DNA from: Octopus sinensis
Lineage: Eukaryota
Reading direction: 5' to 3'
Length of the DNA: 64,000 bases
Assembly (NCBI RefSeq): GCF_006345805.1
Contig: NC_042998.1
Span: 181,536,001 to 181,600,000, forward strand
The notes beneath the pieces are model-generated. The model worked only from the letters and a program-made list of their open reading frames with translations. It was not told the DNA's origin and searched no databases. Positions 24,486 through 38,000 of the stretch are shown in pieces. The position numbers and the translations under genes are program-made. Each line of letters starts with the position of its first letter. Positions within the stretch are counted from its first letter, which is position 1.

Positions 24486-27400
24486 CTAAAGAAAAGAAAC
24501 AAAAATTAAGCTCATCAGATTTTTAAAAAAGCAATAGTTGTAAGAAATATTCCAATACAGAAATCCTATTTGTCTTGCAATATTAAATATAGAAACTGTA
24601 AAACAGTATTAGTGCTATATTTTCATTGACTAAACAAGGGTGAAATATCTGATTACTAGAGATGAAGCTATTTAAAAGCATTTTAACCATTTAGCATTTA
24701 AATCAGCCATATCTAGCCCAAATATTCTACCTGTTTTATGTTTAAACTGGCCAGATCTAGGCTCTTACATCTACCCTACAATGTCATTCTTAAAAACAAA
24801 CAATCATCATCATCATTTAACGTCCATTTTCCATGCTAGCATGGGTTGGACAATTTGACTGAGGACTGGCAAACCAGATGGCTGTGCCAGGCTCCAATCT
24901 TGATCTGGCAGAGTTTCTACAGCTGGATGCCCTTCCTAACGCCAACCACTCCGAGAGTATAGTAGGTGCTTTTACATGCCACCGGCACGAGGGCCAGTCT
25001 GGAGGTACTGACAACGGCCACGCTCGAAATGTTGTTTTTTTATGTGCCACCTGCACAGGAGTCAGTCCAGCGGCACTGGCAACCACCTCACTTGAATGTT
25101 TTGTTCACATGCCACCAGCACAAGTGCGACACTGGTAACGATCACGCTCAAATGGTGCTTTTTACGTGCCACTGGCACAGAAGCCAGACAGCTGCTCTGG
25201 CAGTGATCCCACTCGATGGAGCTCATATCATCAAAATCTTAAAGCTACAAGATAATGCAGGATTAATTCCAAACGAAGTGAACAAATAAACATTACCTTT
25301 GACAGAGCGTTCTCATCTTTTTATTCATTAAATTATTTTTATGCGATATATACCTTTAAATATATTTTTATCTTTATTATTTTAATCTAAAATTTTTATC
25401 TAGAAGACATCAGAATCTAAGAGTATTTATTCAGCAGAAAAGAAAAAAAAATTCACAAAATTGTTAAATTGGTTAGCATTGAAGGATAGAAGCACCTGGT
25501 GAGCTTGGTCAACAACCTAATTTAGATTCTCAGCATTCTAGGGAAAAGCATATTTCCAATTCTATGCTCCTTGAAATTGGTAGAACTAATCCCTAATTAA
25601 CAAATATCCTTCATTCTAAAGTACCAGTAACCTACTGAGACTAATATACACCCATCACTTAAAATCCCTTACTACTACGATACACCCATCAGCAAATGCC
25701 CCACAGCAGATGCTGTTTCTAGAGCTGAAAATTCTGTTGAATTCCATTTTGTTGTTCATCAGTACAATATCTATGAAGTATAACTGAGAATGGTCAACTT
25801 GGGAACATCTTACACAAGACCAATCACTGTGGAATAGTGCTGTGTATGCTGAGTACAGCACTCAGAATCAGAAATGATCAGATAAACTAAAGAGGGGAGG
25901 GCTGCATAAAAAGCAAGAGTTCTGCCAGGTCCTGTTTCTGCTATTATGTACCCCCACAGAACCCATTGATTATATGCCAATATTGGCCTGGGAAGGTACC
26001 TCAGACCCACAAAGAGTAAAAGTATTAATTTGATCATCTTCAGTGACATGAAAGATGAATGCCACCATCTATAAAGTATGTAAAACTAATTATGTATTGA
26101 AGTTGATTCAGCTAACGATAATCCTTACCACTTCAAAACTGGCTCTGTGAGAAGATGTAAATCAATATTTTGTACTCAAACTCAACACTTTTAGGTAGTC
26201 CCACCCACAAATGATTATAAAGCTACCATGCAGTAAAACCATATGCCATTTTCCATCTAGCTCAACATTCCGCAACTGATTTACCTGACCAGTTCCACTG
26301 CATTCAGAAAGTGAAGCAAGGACAGGTCCCATATATAATGTTTCTTCTGTTCTAATTAGATCTGTCAGATAAGTGCAACAGGAGAATACAGTGTCTTAAA
26401 AACAGGCTTATACTTCCATTCTCTTAACTGCTACATAGCTGTCAGGTATATAATAGAAAAGTTACTTCCAACACTAGGATCTGAACTCACAAACTAAATC
26501 TAAAAGTCAAGTATTATATACACTTGGTTGTAACAAAAAGAATCTGATGAAATTGTTTTACGACTGATTACTTTGGGAAAAAATTATAAAATCTAACCTC
26601 TTCTACTGTAAGCATTTCGGTCAGTATCATTTTTTTCTGGATGGGTACCAAGGTTAGAGGTTCAAAAGTAAGGAACTTTGTTGATTCGAATTGATACTGT
26701 AAATAAATCAAAATTAACAAGAGTTTAAATAAAATTTCACTATTTAGAAAAGTACTATACATGAATAAAATTTTAGCCTTTCTGCAAAACAATTTTGGAG
26801 TTAAATCATCTTCAGAGTACATACAGTTTAAAAAAGATTTTTTAAGTATTAACTAAGGTGAAATTAAGACCCTTTGGTAACTATTCACTCTGGGTTTATA
26901 ACTCCACACTTATTTTGAAGCAAGGCTATACACATATTGATAAAAAATGTATATGCTTTATAGTGTGGTATATAAATTTTCTATTTTACAAGTTATTCCT
27001 TGCACATGTCTGTACCCACTGCTTGAGAGATTTACTATGGGCACTGCCACCTACCTCAAATAAAGATTCTAGCAAGTGTGTGTTTACACCACATTTTCAA
27101 TATGACAATTCAATCCGAAGAGCTGGTTAATATGGAATATTCTCTTATTACACATGGGTAGACAAACACAGAAACCAAATTACCTTTGTCTCTTTTTTAA
27201 CAACCAGTAAAGCATTCTCAATCCTGAAACCGTATTTCTCCTTTTCGTAATATCCGGGTTCTACAAAATGTCAGAAGAAATATATAAACACTTATTTAAC
27301 CAAAGAACAAAATACAGAGGACAGTGAAATACATATAGCATATGGAGAGATGAATGAAAGAGTCTAAAGAATAAACAAAAATATGAGTGAACAATAAAAG

Positions 27401-29053
27401 AACAAATAATATTACTAAGACAACTGTAAAAAATACATAATATCACAGATCAATGGACAGATATATACATGTTGGATGAAACAGTGAATGTAGTAAAAGT
27501 ACCACAGAACAGAATAGTGTTAACTGTATAAATCATTTTAAAAAATAGCAAAATACTAGCTTACCATCTGTAAGAATCATTCCCTCTTCTATTGGTCCAT
27601 TTGTCTTGCATAGCCTCATACTGATAGTGCAGGGCCCTGAAGAAGAAAAAAAAAACAGAACATGTTTCACTTAACCCTCATCAGGAAAAAAAATACTTGG
27701 ATACTGAACACTTGCTTACATTTTATGAAAGCCTTAATGACATATCACTACTACTACTCGACTGTGTAGTTCACAGCAACAAACAACACCACTCCATAAA
27801 AACAAAATCTATCCAAATACAGCTATAGGGAAGAGAACACTCACTGACATACTCCAGACCCACCCAGCTAGCTGTACTATCTCTACAATACTGTAATCCT
27901 TTCCAAAATAAACTGCCATCTTCCATCAATGCGTCTTCCTGTTACTGCTACACTCTCTAACTAAAAAGAGGGGTGGCAATATGTAATACTAGTGTTATCT
28001 ACTAACATTTGTGGTAACATCATCATCGTTTAACGTCCGTTTTCCATGCTAGCATGGGTTGGACGGTTCGACCAGGATCTGGGAAGCCAGAAGGCTGCAC
28101 CAGGCTCCAGTCTGATCTGGCAGTGTTTCAACAGCTGGATGCCCTTCCTAACGCCAACCACTCCATGAGTGTAGTGGGTGCTTTTTAGGTGCCAAAATTA
28201 TGCTTTAAAAGGACATCACTTATATTGGCATTTATAACAACAAATCATGAGTCTAGTTAAAACATACAAAATAGGCAAAATGATTGACCAGAGTGGCTAG
28301 TCAATGTTCCCTAGAGAAGCTAAACGGTGGAGGTAGCAAGAAGGGATGGCAATAAGCTTTTGGAAATGGTATACAGGAAGTTCAGAAATCTCAAATGTCA
28401 AACAATAAATGACCCTCGGTAGTGAAGAATATTACACCTGCAGTGTGATGAACAATGTAAAATTTGAAATGAATAACTGACCTTCATGTACTTCTAAAAA
28501 GGCACCAACTCCATGTCCAGTTCCATGAAGATAGTCCAAACCAACTTCCCAAAGAGATGTCCGTGCCAATATGTCAAGTCGATTGCCTAAAATAAAAGTC
28601 AAATATAAAATTTGCAGTAAAAATGAATACCTTTAAGAAAAAAAAATGATAAAAGTATCAAAAACACATCTTTCTGCAAGTGATATTTGCACAATATATC
28701 AAATTACTGCACAAACAACAGTATCAAGACACCTTCTACCCCATTAATATTTTAGATTGCCAATGAATCCTCAGAATGATGGGGCTCTGTTTAATACATC
28801 AGTTTACATGAAAAGCCTTATTATTTGGTGCTACAAGGAATGGATAAAGGCCATTAGCAAAACCAACCCATCTTCAATCTAAAATGTGGTTATGTGGTAA
28901 GTAGCTTACTTACAAACCACATGGTTCCAGGTTCAGTCCTACTGCATGGCATCTTGGGCGCCTTCTGCTATAGCCTCGGTCCAACCAAAGCCTTGTGAGT
29001 GGATTTGGTAGACGGAAACTGAAAGAAGCCCATCGTATACATGTATGTATGTA

Positions 29054-29084
<31 letters not shown>

Positions 29085-32000
29085 ATGTTTGTCCCCCCAG
29101 CATCACTTGACAACTGATGCTGGTGTGTTTACATCCCCGTAACTTAGCGGTTCAGCAAAAGAGACCAATAGAATAAGTACTAGGCTTACTACTAGGCTTA
29201 CAAAGAATAAGTCCTGGGGTTGATTTGCTCGACTAAATGTGGTGCTCCAGCATGGCCACAGTCAAATGACTGAAACAAGTAAAAGAAGTTAGAGCTGTGG
29301 CTCATTGTTTGAAGCAGCAGAAACACTAAGGTTTCACTGGCACACAATACTGAATCTCAAAGTCTCTAGTGGCAAATCCCATACAGAAAAGATGTGTTGC
29401 ATCACAAGTAAAAAGAGGAACTATATTGAACCTATTATTCCTCTAACAGTTTGGCTGAGAAGCACTGTAATATGCATGTTGAAGGCAATATTCCAAGATT
29501 TGAGAAACATACTTAGACGTCAAACTTAAAAATAAACCTGTCATAATTTTAAAAAATTTTAGATTATTAAAAAAAAAAATTTTTTTCAATTTCGTGAAAG
29601 TCTCTAGATTTATATTAATGCTAAAAAATGAAAAGTTTCCCAAGAGGGAATATCAGAACAGTGCCATCTTACCAACAATGACTCCAGTTTGTAACCTGTA
29701 TTCAGGTCTGCACAATGTGTCTGCCTAAGGCACTTAGCTGTCACTGGTCTTTGACAGTAAGTAAATAGCAGTCAGAATTGGTAAGCATTTCTTTAGTTTT
29801 AAAAGATTTGACTGTAATGTTGACTTCAGATTATCCCAAAGACATACCAAACATTTCAGTTATGCAAACAACCAAGAAATATAGAAACTAACTAACCATT
29901 GAGTTTCTCTGGAAATACAGTAGTTGCAAGATTAATATGACCTTTTAAAACTCTTGTAAAGCATTCCTAGAAAAAAAAAAAGATGAAAAACAAATCAGCC
30001 TAAAATGGCAATTCTCTGAGAAGTAAAAGCAATATCAACGTTTAGAAAGAAATATAGCAAAAAGTATGCTTCTAATAAGTGGCAGTTTCAATTCTTGGTT
30101 GACTTGGCATCACTTACACAGTTAATGCCAGTGCAAATGGCAAATACACCACAATGTTTTCTCATCCTGTTTTTGTTATGCTTAGTTGAAAACATTTTGC
30201 AATTAGTACAAGGTCATCGGGATACTCAGTATTTTTTAGATTCTTTGTACATAAATTGCAGTTTTAACTTGACCATTTTAACATCAATTTCCCCAAGACA
30301 GCATGAGGTTAGACAAACCCAACTATTTCATTTCTATATCTTCATCGTTGAGAACTAACATAATGAGATCTAACAATTACCACTTCATGACTTCCTTGGT
30401 TTTCTACTGCTACAGGTACCTTTGACAATACACAACATTAACTCGGCATTATTTTTACATCACATGAATAATGCAGTCACCTCCTGCACCATTACCGTCC
30501 ATCTATTCTTTCTCTACCACCTTGAGGGTTAATGTAGGCTAACATTAACATCTAATAGATGGCATTCAGCTTATTTCTTTCCTACATCAATACACATACC
30601 TCATTATCACATAGCATCATTCACCGTCTTTTGTATATCAACTACAATAATTTCCAACCTTACTTAGGCCACCAAGGAAGCAAACCAACTAGTAACCCAT
30701 TTGAGTAGTTCAGGAATTTCATTTCATAGATGTCCCTCCTGCAAACTATTCTTGTACAGCTGGTGCACTGACACCCTGAGTTTCAACTAGTAATGGATTT
30801 TAACTGATTCTAACTTTGGTACAATGCTACAATTTTGTAAAAAGATACACTTGATTGAGCAGAACCCAATACATAAACTGGAACTTATTTTAGGGACCTC
30901 CCAAAAAAAAAAGTTCTCCTGGCAGGATTTTGATCCAGAACAGATGGGCCAAACTAAATACTACAACATTCTGCAATACCACCACCCTATACAGATGATT
31001 ATTTGAAGATTGCTAACAATACCAAGATTCTGTTGTGTCTGGGGAGAGTCTTTTTGTGCCTTATAATTTAACACACTCACCAGTAAAATTTCCACTTATT
31101 CCTTATTGTTATTTCAAATCCAAAAACGAAATACCAGGATTGACTACAATCTACTCTTCTTCCTCTAACTACTCCTGGCATTCAAGTGGTTGCTTAGGAA
31201 GCAAATAGAAACATTGGAATATACAGGAGTTAAAATAAAGCAGAAAATAAACCAGAAGCTGCTTTCATAAATACCTGTTCTCTGACAGTAGGAGTGCCAA
31301 AATGTGTAGTTCTGGTTACATCAGTTGTGCCACATCTACAAAACAAAGGAAAATGTCAGGTATCAAGTTTGAATTCTCTTCTATTTTGGCCTAATCAATT
31401 GCGCATTTCTGAGGAAACTAGATGGATATTAATGACTTATAACTTTGGTACTAGATTACATATTTTTCCAGAAAGATACAAACTAATTAATCCAGTCCAG
31501 TGCTCTAGGAAAGTGAAAGCAAAGTTGACTCTGGAAGGATTTGAACTCAATGTTGATAGGTAAAAAACCCCACTAGATTTTTTTGTTTTTGGCACTCCTA
31601 TTCTGTTATCTTGAATTCTACCAAAAAACTTTACACAAAAGAGCAATCAGTTGATTCATTATTCTTAGTCATCATTATACATTGTAGCAACTACTTTTTT
31701 TTACTGTAAAGCACATGTGTAGCCTCTTCAGACTAAAACTCAACTAAAAGCAATGAAAAGTAATGATTTTATACGAACCTATATTGTGAACCAGAATCAC
31801 AAAGAAAGATTTCATGGTCTGTGATAATTTTATCAGTATTAGGAGATGCCCTACAAATGGAGGCAAATGAAAGAAAAATAAATGCAGTTAAAAAGACAAT
31901 TGAAAAAGAATGATTTTGCAGTAGAATTTTAAATAAGATCTCAGAAATCAAATCAATAAGTTAATCCTTTCATCTATTACAAGTAACTTTCATAAAAATG

Positions 32001-35000
32001 GAAAGGAATAGAATCCAATACTACATTCTAACAAGTTAACATTCCACAAAGCTTCCTAGTAAGGGTAATTTCAGATATTATATACAAGTATTTATGAAGG
32101 ACCCCGAGTGAATAACCTAAATATGCTTTTTTTACAATAAAAAAAATATTAAAGAGCTCAATGTTATTAAATGCCAAGACTTTAGAATTCTACCCCAATT
32201 CACAAGCAAAACTGATGCATTTGCTCAGTTCACTAAACTAGTTGTACTCTATAAATAGTAACATTGTACTGCCCAAAGCAGTAGAATGCCAGAGAAAATG
32301 CTTTAAAATTTGGTGTCCCAGGTCTTGGTTTAGATGAAAGCAAAACCGTTTAAGTCCAGACCATCTAACAGTAATCTGAAACCTTAATTTCACAGCCACT
32401 TAGGAAGTTATGATATACTTTTCTATCTTCTTTTACTCACAAAATAAAAGGCATTTTGCTAAATAGGAAGAAAAGAAAATCAATATATCAATATCACTGC
32501 TGGATTTATAATATATAAGAAGAACTCTACAGGTTATAGTTAGATAGTCAAGTCTTTAAAAACATAACATCTGAAGAATTTTTTAAAATTGTAAACAAGA
32601 TTATAAAAGTATTACCTGTAATGGATTATGGCAGCATTAGACCCAACTGCAGAAATTGTAGAAAAACTGGGGCTAATGAAGTCATCGACATTCCTACCAA
32701 AGAAAAGATCAAGAAAATACAGTTAAGTGATGAAAAGCTATTCATTTTACGTATACACCATATACAGAAGTATACAACAGTTAATAGTGAAAACAGAAAA
32801 AAAAACGGCATATAAAACATACATGTGCAAAAACAGGGAATAAAGAAATATCTATTTTAAATTGTGAATAATTCAATCTAAAAGCTCAAATTCTCTTTGA
32901 AACATGCATAATGGTCATCACAGGCAGAGAAGTATTTTACTTGGCAGCAATCATGATATTCAGGAAGAAAATAATACATTCAGTTAGTCTCCCCAATATT
33001 CTAGATTCCTTAATTTTGAAGTTCCTGTCTGTCATTTCCAATAGAAAGCCATTAGTCAACCTGAGACTACAGTAGAAAACAGTGCTGGACAGTGGAATTG
33101 AACTCACAAAGCACAGTTGTAAAGCAACATGGCCATATCTGTAGCTATTCGGAGAAATAAACCACACTGGAAAAGAAGGTTATGGAAGCTCAAAGACTCA
33201 GCAAACCAACAAAAATTTAGATACATTCTACTAGAATCCTATGCTGATAGAGAGGGAGAAGAGGAAGGGACATAGAATTTAGAGGATAACTGGAAGTTCC
33301 TGTGGATCAATTTAATGGGTGTCACTGACAAAATCTGTGGATGGTGCAAAGTCCCAGTTAGGCCAAGGGCGACATGGTGGTGGGACAAGGAGGTGGACAG
33401 CACTATAAAAGCAAATAGTGCAGACCTGGAGAGACTAGAAAAATGGTAGAAGCAGAGCATTATATCAGGGAGCCAGAAGGGAGGCTAGGCAACAGGTTTA
33501 CATAGCAAAAGGAATAGCAGAAGGTAAGATGTTTGCCAATGTTTTACAGCATGAGGTGCTCAAGATTGCAAAGCTTGTTTCAAAAAAGAATAGAGATGTG
33601 TTAGGGGAGAAATGTGTGAGAATGGATAGTGGTATGCTTGTGCTTAGTGACTCACAGTTGTGAGGAGATGCCATTATGAAAGATCATTAACCCATAAAGC
33701 ACTGGGATTTGCTCTTACATAGCATGGATTAATGAGCACATTTTATGAAAATGAGACTACCATGCACACATAAAAAACAAGTTAAAATATCTTCTTAGTA
33801 TATAATGGTGACAAGTTTTACATCATCTGAAAGTTCATTAGTTGAACTATTAGTTCTCTTGCATTCGGAGGGTATCGGAGCATTTCAGTGACATTATACT
33901 CCAACAAATGCCCATAAATTAAATGCGTCTATCTGGGCCACGATCATTGCCTGTCATACTTTGTGTGTTAAATGGGGAGAATGATTGAGAAAAAGAGAGC
34001 CTTTCAAATATCAAACCAATTGAGGGACCAGCTATCAGAGTTGATAGCAGTATGATAGATAAGGCAATTAAGGATATGAAGACTGGGAAAGCCCCTGGAC
34101 CATCAGGTATCACTCCTGAGATGATTGAAATATCAGGCAATGTGGGATACAGCCTAGTCACTCGCATAGTTAATCAGGTTATTCAGAAAGGCATCATCCC
34201 CAAAGACTGGTGTAGTAGTATCATAGTTAGCTGCTACAAGGGCAAAGGTGATGTCTGAGATAGAAAGAACCAGGGTTGTGGATTTGAAACAAAAAAATTT
34301 TAACTCCAACTGACTACTGTACTATTGGCACCTCTGACTCCAACTAAAATAGTGTTGGACAATCCATTGCTAACCAAAATCTGTATTACCTTTTGATTTC
34401 TTCAAGTTTCCTTGCTGCTTCCATTTCTGTTATACGCTTCTTTGGTACCTACAATGTAACCACAGAATACTTAGAATAATATTATTTATGAATTACTGTG
34501 GAGGTTATAATAAATGGCTAAATTAGAGACCTAAATCTCCTTGATTATGCAACACTGCACTTCAGTTACAGTTATGAAATGGTTATGTACTTTTCAAATT
34601 AGAAAAAATAATATCAAAGATAATTCTTATATTTTTATACTAGCAAAAATACTATTAAGAATTCTGTAGAAATTTACTGATGGTTCAATAGTTAGAGCAT
34701 TGTGCTCACAATATTGAGGTCGTTGAGTTTGATTATCAAACCGGGCTGTGTGTTGTGTTCTTGAGCAAAACACTTTATTTTATGTTGCTCCAGTTCACTC
34801 AGCTTTAGAAATGAGTTATGATATCATTGGTGCCAAGCCTTTGCCTTTCCCTCCAATAACATTCTTTTCTACTCAAGGCACAAGGCCCGAAATTTTGGGG
34901 AGGAGGCCAGTCGATTAGACCGACCCAGTATGCAACTGGTACTTAATTTATTGACTCCGAAAGGATGAAAGGCAAAGTCAACCTTGGTGAAATTTGAACT

Positions 35001-38000
35001 TAGAACGTAAAGACAGATGAAATACCGCTAAGCATTTCGCCCGACATGCTAATTTTTCTACCAGCTCGCTGCCTTGGTGGTGTGGAGAGGAGAGACTGGG
35101 TATGCATGGGCAACTGCTGGTATTCCATAAACAACCTTGCCTAGGCTTATGCCTCAGAGGGGAACTTTCTACAAGCAATCCCATGGTCATTCATGACTGA
35201 AGGGGGTCTTTGCCCTTTATAATTTTGTATGAATAAAAAAGAAAGGACTAGCACAATCTTTAATAATTTGTAATGGTGTATCTATTTTCTAACATGAATA
35301 AATTTTCTCAAGACAATATCTCCTTCCTAATTATTTTGCCAGCCAACAAGATGGCTTGTTTGAACCACTAATCCATACAAAAGTAAATGTCACATGAAAT
35401 CAGAACTGACAGTACATAATTAATTAAACAAATTAAAAGGTGATAATCTTTTCTGCTATAGACCTGAAACTTTGGAGAGGGAGTCGATTACACCAACTCC
35501 ATTGCTCAATTGGTACTTATTTTATCAGTCCCCAAAAAAGGATGAAAGGTAAAGTCAGTCTCAGTGGAATTTGAACTCAGAATGTTAACACATGTGGAGG
35601 CATGTGGCTTAGTGGTTAGGGTGCCAGCATCATGATCATAAGATTGTGGTTTCGATTCCTGGACAGGGTGACGCGTTGTGTTCTTGAGCAAAACACTTCA
35701 TTTCACATTGCTCCAGTCCACTCAGCTGGCAAAAATAAGTAACGCTGTGATGGACTGGCGTCACGTCCAGCTGGGGAACACATACGCCACTGAAACTGGG
35801 AAACCGATCCCATGAGCCTGACTAGGCTTTAAAAGGGCACATTTATTATTATTTATGTTAACACATACAAAATGCTGAAGATTTTGTCCAGCACGCAAAC
35901 AACTCAGCCAGCTAACCCTCTTATTAAGGGTAATAATGGTATGATAAGTAATGAATTGGTAGAGTTCATTAGAGTATTGGCTGGAAGACCTTGCAGTATT
36001 TATTCTGATTGTCTATATCCTGAGTTTATATACTAAAATCAACTTATCTTTTCAAGGTTGATAAAAAGAAAAAAAATTAAGTGCTTATTTTGAGATGGTG
36101 GATTGACAGAAGTAAGAAAACTGCACTTGATATCTCATGGTATTTGCTCCAGCTCTTTGCATTCTGAGTTCAAAATTCCACCATGGTATCCAAGGTGTTA
36201 GATGTTGGTGTTAAACTGGGTGACTTAATCCCAGTTTAACACCACTACCCAGTACCTTGGGTGTTTCTAGCAGACCCTATTGTTGCAAGTATTTGGAACA
36301 GGCTCTGGTTTGAGAAAACTTCTTCCCACCCAACAATTCTAGAAGCTCTATAAAAAAATCACAGGACTATCTTCCCTCGTAACTGAAAAAAAAAAAGGAG
36401 CGGGTAGAATAAATAGTCCTTCAAAATGAGAGTAACACATACAAAGACATACTCTACAATCTGAAAAAGCATGGACACCGTATTGTTAGCAAACAAATAT
36501 TTGGATGAAATCTCTAAAACCCAACAATACAGAACTGTTGCCAACAATATTGAACCAATTCATTAAACTTCAATTTTAAAACTGAGTAAGCTCTATTTTT
36601 AGAACAAAACTGTTTTTTTAAATCATAAAGACAAAAATACATAAAATTAACTTGCCTCTTTTTCCAACCAGGCATAAAATTCAGATAAACATACTCCATC
36701 TTTAATCTAAATAGAAAAAAGCTAATGTTAGAAACAGAGAGAAAAATCTTTCTACATAAAATAATTTGAAATTTTTTTTTTAAATTTTAATATAATCATT
36801 CTCAAAAATATGTTGCAACAAAATACAATTACATGTAGTGCACGTTTTTTCTCCTAAACCTCAAATTTAGTCTTGTTTTTCTTGGATTATGACTTTGTAA
36901 TTTTGTTGGATGCACTTTTACAATGGCGACCCTCTAATCATAATTTGAACTAAAATTATCATCCAATCATCATTTAACGTCCATTTTCCATGCTGGCACG
37001 GGTGGGACAGTTTGACCAGACTGGCAAGCAGGAGAGCTGCACCAGGTTTCAGCCTGGTTTGACTTGGTTTCTATGGTTGAATGCCTTTCTTAATGCCAAC
37101 CACTTTAAAGAGTGTGCCGAGTGCTTCTTATGCGATACCTGCACAGGTACTTTTTACACAGGGCTGGCATGAATACTATTATGTGGCACCAGCATGGATG
37201 CTTTTTTATGTGTCACCAGCACAGGGCTCTTGCAGGCCAATCTTTTTCCTAAATGTAAAGCTAAATTTAGTAGTCTAAGTCATTCTATAGGAATGTTATA
37301 AGATCATAACTAAAACCTACATTCATATAACATTTTGACAATCTAACATCATTTACCTTTTACTATGCACATAGATCTAAATCTAAAACAAAAAAAAAAA
37401 CAAAGGTCAGAAAATATAAAACAAAGTACAAGGAAATAAGAATAGCCAACTATTCAAAATTATAAAGTATATTCTTTTCTACTCTGGGCACAAGGCCTGA
37501 AATTTTGGGGGAGGGGGGGCCAGTCGATTAGATCACCCCCAGTATGCAACTGGTACTTAATTTATCGACACCAAAAGGATGAAAGGCAAAGTCAACCTCG
37601 GGGGATTTTGAACTCGGAACGTAAAGACAGACAAAATACCTATTTCTTTACTACCCACAAGGGGCTAAACACAGAGAGGACTAACAAGGACAGACAAACG
37701 GATTAAGTCGATTATATCAACCCCAGTGCGTAACTGGTACTTATTTAATTGACTCCGAAAGGATGGAAGGCAAAGTCGACCTCGGCGGAATTTGAACTCA
37801 GAACATAACAGCAGACGAAATACCGCTAAGCATTTTGCCTGGCGTGCTAACGATTCTGCCAGCTCGCCGTCTTCAGGATTCTGAAGTATATTAACATAGC
37901 TAAGATAATTAAATAGTCAGAATTTGACTGCAATGTCAATCTCTGAAACAATGGCCTGAGCAATGAAAGAATACAAAATTTTGAATGAAAGAATTGCATA

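Noticed and set aside
25810-26049. ORF with a signal-peptide-like N-terminus
   Set aside because: Antisense of a degenerate RTE 3' end; no splice or phase support as an XPNPEP1 exon.
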